A stretch of DNA of 63,790 nucleotides from Candidatus Omnitrophota bacterium (GTDB taxonomy: Bacteria; Omnitrophota; Gorgyraeia; Gorgyraeales; Gorgyraeaceae), in assembly GCA_018814825.1 (NCBI GenBank), contig JAHIYJ010000034.1:1-63790 (forward strand), given 5' to 3'. The notes beneath the pieces were generated by a model, which searched no databases, was not told where the DNA came from, and worked only from the letters and a program-made list of their open reading frames with translations. Positions 18,917 to 27,341 of this stretch are shown in pieces. Both the position numbers and the translations under genes were made by a program. Numbering within the stretch: position 1 is the first letter of the stretch; every line of letters begins with the position of its first letter.

Positions 18917-19839
18917 AATCTCGCGGCCAGATGCGCTATGTGATTGGTAGAACCATCTATCTGCTTTAAGGAAAATATATCTTCGTAAGCGTTATTGAAT
19001 CCTTTAAGGCACGTCCTCGCGTATGAATAAGAGGAATCTTTTACGATCTCTTTAACGTCATCATTAAACGAACCATAGGGATACGCGAATCCTGACACTT
19101 TTTTGTCCAGGGCCTGTTCCAGGATCTCCTTTGAGTGCGAGATCTCTTTCCTTGCCTCGTCTTTTTTCAACAAGGTAAGATCCGGATGGGTCAGTGTATG
19201 CGAACCAAAATCTATGCCACAATCACGCATCTCTTTTATCTCCCTCCAGTTTAAAATATCTCTTTCTTTTGAAGATTTTTCCTTAAAGCAAAACTCTTGC
19301 TTTAGCTTCTGTATCTTAAGGTACCTTTCTTCTTCATTAAGAAGCTTTTTTAAAGATCGGTTAATATTCTCGATCATCACAATATCTTCTTTCAATCCAG
19401 CGCTCTTTGGAGAATTTACTATAATGTCTCTTACGCTATCCCACCAGAAACTCTTTTTAGTACCTATATAATCAACTGTTAGAAAGATAGATGCTGTAAT
19501 TCCGTATTTTTTAAGAATTGGGAATGCATATAAATAATTATCCCTATAGCCATCATCAAAGTTTAAGACCAGAAGCGGTTTCTTTATAGATCCTGACCTA
19601 AGTTTTCCCATGCCCTTATCAAAAGAGGCTATCTCAAAGTGTTTCTTTAAGAATACAATGTGCTGCTCGAAGATATCCTGGGGGATTCCTAGATATCTGA
19701 ATCTATTATCAGGAGCCGTAATCCTGTGATAACATAATATACATAACCTATTCCTGTTACGCCGTATCACGGATCCCGCCAAGCTGGAATTATATAATCC
19801 ATCTTTTAGTATATTTTTAATCTCATTTTTTAGCAGCAT
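18892..19839 (-). CDS. Polysaccharide deacetylase (NodB homology domain, CE4-like)
   Basis: The track ORF extends to 19992 but that part overlaps the upstream gene by 170 nt. The ATG at 19837-19839 (MLLKNEIKN) reduces the overlap to 17 nt. NodB motifs are LNFDDGYRDN and FGSHTLTHPDL. Confidence 0.8.
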   Translation of the reverse strand: MLLKNEIKNILKDGLYNSSLAGSVIRRNRNRLCILCYHRITAPDNRFRYLGIPQDIFEQHIVFLKKHFEIASFDKGMGKLRSGSIKKPLLVLNFDDGYRDNYLYAFPILKKYGITASIFLTVDYIGTKKSFWWDSVRDIIVNSPKSAGLKEDIVMIENINRSLKKLLNEEERYLKIQKLKQEFCFKEKSSKERDILNWREIKEMRDCGIDFGSHTLTHPDLTLLKKDEARKEISHSKEILEQALDKKVSGFAYPYGSFNDDVKEIVKDSSYSYARTCLKGFNNAYEDIFSLKQIDGSTNHIAHLAARLCYRGIRL

Positions 19840-22516
19840 ATCTTCCCACCCTGACCCTTCTATACGCCGCGAGGATCCATTTATTTCTTTTAAGAAATGG
19901 TAACATATAAGCAGAGACAATGTACAAAAGCCTGGAATACACAGTGTTATTAAATATCCTGGTCCTGCCATGGATCTTGACCTGCTTGGCAAAAGTCTGC
20001 TTCCATTTTTGTTCGCCGCTCAAGAAATCAAATTCGCGCGCCCCATAGTTAGGCGAATCATCTATATTGATCGCAAAAAGGACAAACCCCGGGGACACGC
20101 TTGAGTATTTGCTGTCATATGAGGTGCTATAGCCATATTCCCTATTGGCGTATAAAAAATTATACGAATAAGCTATATTCTCGTTCCCGACAGACAGAAA
20201 CGATATATCCGCCAGCCCATTCTTGGAGTAATCTCTTATTATCTCCCTGTGAAAAAGTCTGCTAGCCCTCTTTGAGAATATTCCCTTCTGCAGCTGGCCT
20301 TTCCAGCTAAGGCCCTCGATCCTCTCCATTTCTGACGTCAAAAACTCAGAAGATACAGCATCGCCGATGAACCTTTTAAACCTAAACTCAGACTGCATCT
20401 TTTTGACCCTATTTTGCGCGTTTTTCAGCTTATGCCGCGCCTTTCTGGGGAGAGAGTTTATGAAACTTTCCCTGCTCCCGTTAAAGGGGATATAAAAAGT
20501 CTTTGAGTCAGGGCCGTTTACCATCGGTAATTTTAACTCCCTGACGCACGCTCTCAAGAGCTGGAAATTCCCCGTATATTCAGGCATCTCCTGAAGATCC
20601 ACGAAATCCCAGCGAGATAAATTCTTCTTGATATAACAAAATACGGCCCTTAAGGACTCTTCCCTGGACCTGGTTAGAATGAAATCCATGCGGCCAGATA
20701 TATCCGTGCCCATAAATGACACGACTCTTACGGGAAAGAAAAATACTCTCTGTCTCTTTATCATTAAGGGCGCTATGCCTATCAGCTGGTCATTCTCCAC
20801 GATCTTTAAGATGAATAATCTGCTGTTCCCGGAAAAATGCCTCCACCATCTTGAAAGCCAATCAAATGTTAAAAATATGTTATCGGAACCGCTTTTAAGC
20901 AAAATGTCATCCCACGCATCTCTCATCGCCTCAAAACCCTCGATTGTCGAAACCTCCTCGATAGCCAGGAGCCCCTTCTTTTTTATCCGGGAATTCTCAG
21001 CGGGCCGCGGACATAAGAGATCATTCCATTTAGCCCTGAATATTTGGACGATTATCCTGTAAAAACCGATCTCATGGTTGAAATGGATAATAAAAGGCAG
21101 GGAAATCACTAAGAGCGCCAGAATCTTCAAAGAGACAGTCAATAAATCCGGGACAAAGGCTTCTCTATTTTTAAATAAGGAATTAAGTATCACTGTAAGG
21201 CACAGGACATTAGTGTAAGGGAAATACAGCCTGGCCAGGTTCAGGAAAAAATCCCTTCCTCTTTTTAAGTAACTGCCCGCGGCATAAAGAAAAATAGCTG
21301 TTCCCAGCAAAAAACTGACCGCAGCCGTCGTCAAAGCCACCCCTATAAGGCCTAGGCCAGCTCTCAAAACCATAATATCAAGAATGGAGGCTAATAACAT
21401 GGCAGCCAAGTAATAATACAATACCTTATATTGTTTATTGAGCGCCGTAAGCAATGTCACAGCTGTGGGCGCGAATATAATGAAAAATTTCCCAAAAAGG
21501 AGTATGAAAAGAGGGGTTTGGGAGGCCGTGTACTGGGGCATGTAATGCCTTATTATGAAAGATGAGACCAGGTAGATTATGCCTATACCCATAGGAAGAA
21601 AAATGCTCATCGCCTTTGTTGGCAAGAACAGGTATTTCTTTAAATCCTCTATATTCTCCCCTTTACCGTAACTATGGAAGAGCCTGGGCCCTACTACGAT
21701 TGATACTACAGCCGGGAAATAAAGCAGGGATTTTGAAACGAGCAAAGCTAAAGCGTAATATCCCAGTTCTCTGGCTCCTAAAAATTTGAATATAAAAAGC
21801 CTGTCTACCGTAAAAAGCACAAAAGGCACCATTAATAACGCCGTCACCGGAAAACCTATCTTTATCAAACTGAATATACTTTCTCTGTCAAAAATAAGTC
21901 TGGGCCTGTAACCGGTCTTGAGATAATAAAATAAACACATGGCTAAAGGCACCAGCAAGGCGACGGCGAATATCCCGTATATCTTCCAGGTGGACACCAG
22001 TATAAGGGTGAGAATTATGTAACTTAACGGGAATAATACGTCGGATGCGACTATCACGGAAAACCTTTTAACCGCTGCCAGCGCCTTTTCATAAAAAAGT
22101 ATCGTGTTTTGCAGCAGTATTAACAGCGAAACCGTAATGGTCCCGAAGAATCCAACGGATCCGATAGATTCCCTAAAAATAAAAGCGAACAATATAGAGC
22201 AGAATCCTATAACCAACGAACCTGCCACGCAAAAACCAAAGGCATTAGCGCGTATCCCATCTGCTTTGGCGCTGTCATCTTTGCCCATGGCATATGGAAT
22301 CTCACGGGACATGCCTTCTAAAACTCCAAGATGAACATATGAACCGAATGTCAGCAGTATAGTAAGAACAGCCCACACACCATACATGGTAGGCCCTACA
22401 ATGTTGGCATTCAAAAAACCACGTAAGAAATATAACATCTGGGCAAAATAAGTACTGGCGGAAACAATGGAGATATCCTGTATGATTTCTTTCTTTTTAT
22501 TCGTAAGATTACTCAT
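19823..22516 (-). CDS. Fusion of Wzx-type polysaccharide flippase (MOP superfamily) with CelD/FemAB-like GNAT domain
   Basis: 897-aa ORF. About aa 1-500 is polytopic (12-14 hydrophobic helices in the polysaccharide biosynthesis protein style). About aa 515-897 is soluble and paralogous to ORF 13512-14657. Confidence 0.8.
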   Translation of the reverse strand: MSNLTNKKKEIIQDISIVSASTYFAQMLYFLRGFLNANIVGPTMYGVWAVLTILLTFGSYVHLGVLEGMSREIPYAMGKDDSAKADGIRANAFGFCVAGSLVIGFCSILFAFIFRESIGSVGFFGTITVSLLILLQNTILFYEKALAAVKRFSVIVASDVLFPLSYIILTLILVSTWKIYGIFAVALLVPLAMCLFYYLKTGYRPRLIFDRESIFSLIKIGFPVTALLMVPFVLFTVDRLFIFKFLGARELGYYALALLVSKSLLYFPAVVSIVVGPRLFHSYGKGENIEDLKKYLFLPTKAMSIFLPMGIGIIYLVSSFIIRHYMPQYTASQTPLFILLFGKFFIIFAPTAVTLLTALNKQYKVLYYYLAAMLLASILDIMVLRAGLGLIGVALTTAAVSFLLGTAIFLYAAGSYLKRGRDFFLNLARLYFPYTNVLCLTVILNSLFKNREAFVPDLLTVSLKILALLVISLPFIIHFNHEIGFYRIIVQIFRAKWNDLLCPRPAENSRIKKKGLLAIEEVSTIEGFEAMRDAWDDILLKSGSDNIFLTFDWLSRWWRHFSGNSRLFILKIVENDQLIGIAPLMIKRQRVFFFPVRVVSFMGTDISGRMDFILTRSREESLRAVFCYIKKNLSRWDFVDLQEMPEYTGNFQLLRACVRELKLPMVNGPDSKTFYIPFNGSRESFINSLPRKARHKLKNAQNRVKKMQSEFRFKRFIGDAVSSEFLTSEMERIEGLSWKGQLQKGIFSKRASRLFHREIIRDYSKNGLADISFLSVGNENIAYSYNFLYANREYGYSTSYDSKYSSVSPGFVLFAINIDDSPNYGAREFDFLSGEQKWKQTFAKQVKIHGRTRIFNNTVYSRLLYIVSAYMLPFLKRNKWILAAYRRVRVGRYAAKK

Positions 22517-23939
22517 ATCCTGCCTTCCGGGCAGACAGCCCTGAGATAATGCCCGCGATCATATAGAAAAGCGCGTTCTGGAATTGATGAAATTTCATAT
22601 CTATGAATAAAGCGTTCACCAGATATATAATAGCCACACCCCAGAATACAACAACGATTCCTCTGCCTAGGAATCCATCCGGAACAGAATGCCTGTACAG
22701 ATAGATACTTTTGGAGAAAACAACAGCTAGTATGGACATAAAAATCAGAAAACCGGTCAGGCCTAATTCCACTAAGACGCCCATAAAGCTATCGTGTATT
22801 TCCGGTATAACGAACTGATAGGGATTTTCCCTTCTCATGGTACTGAAATACTCATGGCTATAATTACTAAAATTAGCGAAACCGAAACCTAAAAGAGGCC
22901 TGTCCTTGATCATATTGAAATATGTATAGTATAAATTTATTCTGTCGTATATAGGGCTCATAGAGGAACTACGCGCCACGACTTTATCGATATCCAATAC
23001 CTTAGCGTGTAACGGCACTGTTATGATAGCCCCTAAAAAAATCAGCCCCCAGATATACTTTCTGAACCGCGGGTTTAAAAATGATATAAATACAAAAGAC
23101 GCCACCAGACCCAGCCACGCTGCCCTGGTATAGGTAAAAAATACGGCCAAAGGAGAGATAACGGCGATTACGATAAAAAACAACCTGTAGCCGCGCCTGG
23201 CGTTGAAAACCATATACAGATTAGTTATGCATAATATCCCCATCACTGTCCCGTTTATAGCGGCCTGAAGAAAAGGTCCCCGCGCTCTGCCAAAATGAAT
23301 GCCCAGATTCGGGTTCATGATATCCTGGGGAAATACAAATGCGTTAAGCCTGAAATGTTCGAATATGGCTGTCAGGCTCAGATATAAAAGTATGACTGAC
23401 AGAAACGTAAATAGTTTGCGCACCTTGTTCTCATCCTGTATAAAATCTTTGGCTATGACAAAAACAAAGAACGGCGCTATGTATGTGTTAAATAAAAGGG
23501 AGTATGTATCCAAGAGTTCTCTTGACATTGAGGCCCCTTTCATCTTCACGACTGAAAAAAACGCGAGGCAGAACAATATAAGCATGAGTAATTCTGTCAT
23601 TCTCCTTTTCAGGGAGATCCTGCCCATAAAGAGAGCGAACAGGTAATAGGCCGCAAGGAAACACCACAGCATCCTGTCAAGCGAGAGATTAGGCATGTCT
23701 ATACCCAACGAGGTCTTGGAAAAAAATACAAAGAGAAGCGCGAGAAGCCATACCGCCACAAGGTTTGTGACATCTCTGTACGAAAGATACAAGAGCGCCG
23801 CTATCGCGATGACTGCCATCTCTAGTATTAAAAAATTCAAAGGCTTAATCAAGATCGCGGCCCAGACAAAACAACCGGTCATTATTAATAATCCAAGTGA
23901 TATAAATAGAGTATTAGCTCTCATAATCAGGGTATACAT
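22509..23939 (-). CDS. O-antigen ligase/Wzy-like polytopic membrane protein (putative EPS polymerase)
   Basis: 476-aa ORF with about 10-12 TM helices. Wzy_C-like segment FTYTRAAWLGLVASFVFISFL. 8-nt overlap with the downstream gene. Confidence 0.75.
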   Translation of the reverse strand: MYTLIMRANTLFISLGLLIMTGCFVWAAILIKPLNFLILEMAVIAIAALLYLSYRDVTNLVAVWLLALLFVFFSKTSLGIDMPNLSLDRMLWCFLAAYYLFALFMGRISLKRRMTELLMLILFCLAFFSVVKMKGASMSRELLDTYSLLFNTYIAPFFVFVIAKDFIQDENKVRKLFTFLSVILLYLSLTAIFEHFRLNAFVFPQDIMNPNLGIHFGRARGPFLQAAINGTVMGILCITNLYMVFNARRGYRLFFIVIAVISPLAVFFTYTRAAWLGLVASFVFISFLNPRFRKYIWGLIFLGAIITVPLHAKVLDIDKVVARSSSMSPIYDRINLYYTYFNMIKDRPLLGFGFANFSNYSHEYFSTMRRENPYQFVIPEIHDSFMGVLVELGLTGFLIFMSILAVVFSKSIYLYRHSVPDGFLGRGIVVVFWGVAIIYLVNALFIDMKFHQFQNALFYMIAGIISGLSARKAGYE

Positions 23940-26460
23940 ATTCTAATATTATCCTATCTATTTTGAGATTCCTGTCCTCACCTGAGACGCTATCCCAGTA
24001 ATCATTAGAGAATTCAAACGTAAGGCTATTGGGCCCTTCCTGGGAAAACCCATAACTGCGAAACTCAGATAGAGAAACCGACGTCACGTATTCTGACAAT
24101 ACCGTAGTCAAGTTCATGCGCACCAGCATATGCGGCCATTCATCCTTCGCGGATGTCCCTGACGCGAAAAATCTCATGTTGATAAGGCCAAAGGGAAGAT
24201 TGAAGTCAAGGATCATCTTCCCTGATTTGGCCATATTGCCTTTTCCCCCAAGGTCGTATACAAGCACTATATTCTTTCCGGACATATAGCTATCCGCGGC
24301 CTCCTGATTCAACCTCATCAGTTTGAGCAAGTAAGGCCTCACAACCTCAAATGGCCGCCGCTCTTTCTGTAACAGGTCTATTTTATTCTGGAGAGTCACA
24401 CAATCGTTTTCATCGATAGAAAAGGCCTTTTCTATGACACGGTCAGCCTCATCATACTGCCCCTTTGACATCAAGTATCTGGCCTTAGAGTTTAAAAATA
24501 AGGGGGCTCTCTTACGCTCAGAGTCCGCGGTTCCCGCGCTGACATTTTTCTCGCCTAAACGCCCTAATATACTTTGTATCTTTATATCAAGACCTGATGC
24601 CTCAGGAGCAAGTTCTCTAGCTATCTTGAACATGTTCAAGGCTTCGTCCAGCCTGCCCTGACTATAATACAGGTTTCCCTTTTTAATATAATACGCAGGA
24701 TTGGTCGTCTCTTGCGACACAGTCACCTTAGAGACCCTGTTCTCCTCAATGAATGAGGCGCGTTTAAGCGTAGCTACCGCTTCACCAGTCTCCTCCATCA
24801 TGGCAAGGACACTCCCCAGTTTCTTAAGATAATAAGAATTATTAGGGTCCAGTTCGACCGCCTGTTCATAGGCTCTCCTGGCCTCCTCCAATCTGCCTAG
24901 ATATAAATAACTGTCGCCCACGCCGATACGCGCCCATGCGTCAATCGGGTTAATATCCGAGGCGATTTTATAATTTTCAAGAGCCATGAGAAGGTTTTTT
25001 TCTTTATAAAGTTCTACCGAAGACTTGCTGGTATAGACCTGGCCCAGTTTTTTATAATATGTGTTATTCCCCGGTAAAATGATAACCGCTTTTTGTAAAG
25101 AGGCTATCCTGCACTTCATATCTGCGGCCGGAGCGTCCATCAATACCGCCTCCGCAGCCACAAACCTCGCTATGAACAGGACCCATGCTAATATCGCGAC
25201 GTTAAACACAGGCCGTAATAACCGCAGCCTGTTTCTGCTTAACGCAATCTCCAGATATGCCTCAGGTCTCTCTCTCCCCGAACGCAGGCTAAAGACAATG
25301 CCTGCCAATACGCTGAATAGAGTCGCGTTGGCCGGGATCCTCAGGTTAAAATCAGCCAGGGAATGAATCGAGAGGCTGAGTATCCCTGTAAAAAGGCCTA
25401 CTGATAGAGCTTTCTTAAAACTGCTGTGTGAAGTCAGATAGGTCGCCATGGCCTTTCGCATCATCATGTAAAATATCCAGATCATGCATAATAACCCCAG
25501 GATACCCAGCTCAACCGCGACCTGCAGATAATCATTATGGGCCGCGTTAGCAAAGAGATTAAAGCCCACAGGCCTGTATCTAGGAAAAAAGTAAATAAAA
25601 GTGCCCAATCCCGAACCCAGAAAAGGCCTCTCGCGTAAAAGCCGCAGGCCGCCCTTCCATATGTAAAGTCTGCCGGAAAAATCCAGTTCCCTGTAACTTG
25701 CTATACGGTTGGCGACAGGACCAATGCCTATGTTTTTCACTATAAAAAATCCTATCGCAACCAAAAGCAGGATCACCGCTATGATTCCGAATCTGATAAA
25801 ACCTTTTTTACTCAATAGCGCGAACATGACCGCCATGGCAATAGTCAGAGAAAACCAGCCACCTCTCGACATAGACAGCACAAAGGCCACAAACATGATA
25901 ATAATCAGATATACATAAAACAACTTTTTCGCCACGGCTTTCTCGGTCAGCGCCAGACCCACACACAAAGGTAGGCATAATTCCAGGAGGCCAGCGAAAT
26001 GGTTATGATTCACATATACGGAAGACAAAAAATACCTGTTCGACCACCAGGAGTTAGAAAGGCCTCCTGCATATTGAATGATACCGAAAAGAGACAGGCC
26101 AGCGCCCATAATCACGATAACGTTTGAGACACTGAGAATATCCTCTCTCCCCCTGATATTATTGACTACCAGATAAAAGACAAGCGCCAGGCTCAATAAT
26201 TTAAAAAGCTCCATCAGGGAATCATGCGTATACGGAGACCTGAATGTGGATATAACGGCTAATATAATAAATATGATAAGCGGGGTGTCTATGTCCGTGC
26301 GCCTGAGCTTTATAGATCCCTCGCTGAACATGCGAGTAAACCAGGCGAAGACCGCGCACAAAACCACAGCCTGCAGGATCCCGTACGCCATGGGGTTTAC
26401 GGAGCCGCGAAAAAGAGGAGAAAATACAATTATAAGTATTAACGACGCCTTTATAATCAT
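23914..26460 (-). CDS. O-antigen ligase/Wzy-like membrane domain fused to TPR repeats and a C-terminal CBM-like beta domain
   Basis: 848-aa ORF. About aa 1-440 is polytopic with SMSRGGWFSLTIAMAV (Wzy_C-like). About aa 450-700 is TPR (GDSYLYLGRLEEARRAYEQAVELDPNN, GNLYYSQGRLDEALNMFKIARELAP). The last ~135 aa are beta-rich and end LTFEFSNDYWDSVSGEDRNLKIDRIILEY. Confidence 0.75.
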   Translation of the reverse strand: MIIKASLILIIVFSPLFRGSVNPMAYGILQAVVLCAVFAWFTRMFSEGSIKLRRTDIDTPLIIFIILAVISTFRSPYTHDSLMELFKLLSLALVFYLVVNNIRGREDILSVSNVIVIMGAGLSLFGIIQYAGGLSNSWWSNRYFLSSVYVNHNHFAGLLELCLPLCVGLALTEKAVAKKLFYVYLIIIMFVAFVLSMSRGGWFSLTIAMAVMFALLSKKGFIRFGIIAVILLLVAIGFFIVKNIGIGPVANRIASYRELDFSGRLYIWKGGLRLLRERPFLGSGLGTFIYFFPRYRPVGFNLFANAAHNDYLQVAVELGILGLLCMIWIFYMMMRKAMATYLTSHSSFKKALSVGLFTGILSLSIHSLADFNLRIPANATLFSVLAGIVFSLRSGRERPEAYLEIALSRNRLRLLRPVFNVAILAWVLFIARFVAAEAVLMDAPAADMKCRIASLQKAVIILPGNNTYYKKLGQVYTSKSSVELYKEKNLLMALENYKIASDINPIDAWARIGVGDSYLYLGRLEEARRAYEQAVELDPNNSYYLKKLGSVLAMMEETGEAVATLKRASFIEENRVSKVTVSQETTNPAYYIKKGNLYYSQGRLDEALNMFKIARELAPEASGLDIKIQSILGRLGEKNVSAGTADSERKRAPLFLNSKARYLMSKGQYDEADRVIEKAFSIDENDCVTLQNKIDLLQKERRPFEVVRPYLLKLMRLNQEAADSYMSGKNIVLVYDLGGKGNMAKSGKMILDFNLPFGLINMRFFASGTSAKDEWPHMLVRMNLTTVLSEYVTSVSLSEFRSYGFSQEGPNSLTFEFSNDYWDSVSGEDRNLKIDRIILEYVYPDYES

Positions 26461-27227
26461 AGGGTTTTGACGAAGACCTCTACTATCTCGCTGTCAAACT
26501 GTGTGGCCAGGTTGCGTATCAATTCATCTATCGCCTGTTTTCTTGAAAGACTTTTTTTATAGGAATACGGGGCTACCATAGTGTCATACGCCTCAGCTAT
26601 TGATAACACGCGGGATAACTTGTTTATCTGGTCTCCTTTTAAGCCAAGAGGATATCCTCTGCCATCAGGCCTCTCATGGTGCTGACCTACTATATCAGCA
26701 ATATCCTTAAAATTCTCGATAGCCGCCAGTATCTCTTTTCCCCTGCTGGCATGAGCCTTTAATAACTCATAATCCCTCTCCGATATCCCGCCTTTGCGAT
26801 ATAGAATCTTTTTCTTTGAGGCTATATGCCCTATGTCGTGCAAGATACCGGCTATCTTCGCGAGGGCTATTTCCCTGTCTGTAAACGCGAGCTCTCTGGC
26901 AAGATCATGCGATATCCTGGATACGTTCCGTGAATGCAGGATCAGTAATTCGCCGGCCGGGCCAAGGGCCTTGAACGCGTTTACCAGGACATTGGAACAG
27001 ATATTCATATTGACCATGCTGTCTTCCTGTGCGTGATATTTTTCTTCCCTTTCCCCAAGAGACGCCAAAAGCTCGCTCCTGCGTATCCTGTGATGACCGC
27101 CTGGAGTTTTAAGGGTCTTTAGTTTTTTGGCGTAGATATAATTTTTAATCGTGGACAGGCTTAGATTGAAGTACTCAGCGGCCTGTTTAGGGGTGAAAAA
27201 AACTTCTCCTTGATAAACCTTTTGCAT
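26457..27227 (-). CDS. Excisionase/MerR-type HTH fused to HD-GYP domain (putative DNA-binding c-di-GMP phosphodiesterase or sensor)
   Basis: 256-aa ORF with SD GAGGAGG. The HTH is FFTPKQAAEYFNLSLSTIKNYIYAKKLKTLKTPGGHHRIRRSEL. The HD motif is ILHDIGH and the HD-GYP signature is HHERPDGRGYP. Confidence 0.85.
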   Translation of the reverse strand: MQKVYQGEVFFTPKQAAEYFNLSLSTIKNYIYAKKLKTLKTPGGHHRIRRSELLASLGEREEKYHAQEDSMVNMNICSNVLVNAFKALGPAGELLILHSRNVSRISHDLARELAFTDREIALAKIAGILHDIGHIASKKKILYRKGGISERDYELLKAHASRGKEILAAIENFKDIADIVGQHHERPDGRGYPLGLKGDQINKLSRVLSIAEAYDTMVAPYSYKKSLSRKQAIDELIRNLATQFDSEIVEVFVKTL

Positions 27228-27276
27228 GACTTGCCTCCTCGAATTAACGTGTCACAACGCGACGAATTTAACTAAT

Positions 27277-27305
27277 TTTATATTTTTTTAACCGTTTTAT
27301 ATCAA
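27277..27305 (-). promoter_or_regulatory. Candidate sigma70 promoter for the HTH-HD-GYP gene
   Basis: Minus-strand reading: TTGATA (27300-27305), 17-nt spacer, TATAAA (27277-27282), in the 114-nt gap after the Wzc gene. The context is AT-rich, so a chance match is possible. Confidence 0.4.
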
Positions 27306-27341
27306 GAATCCACGCATATGCCATATTAATCAATTTACTGG

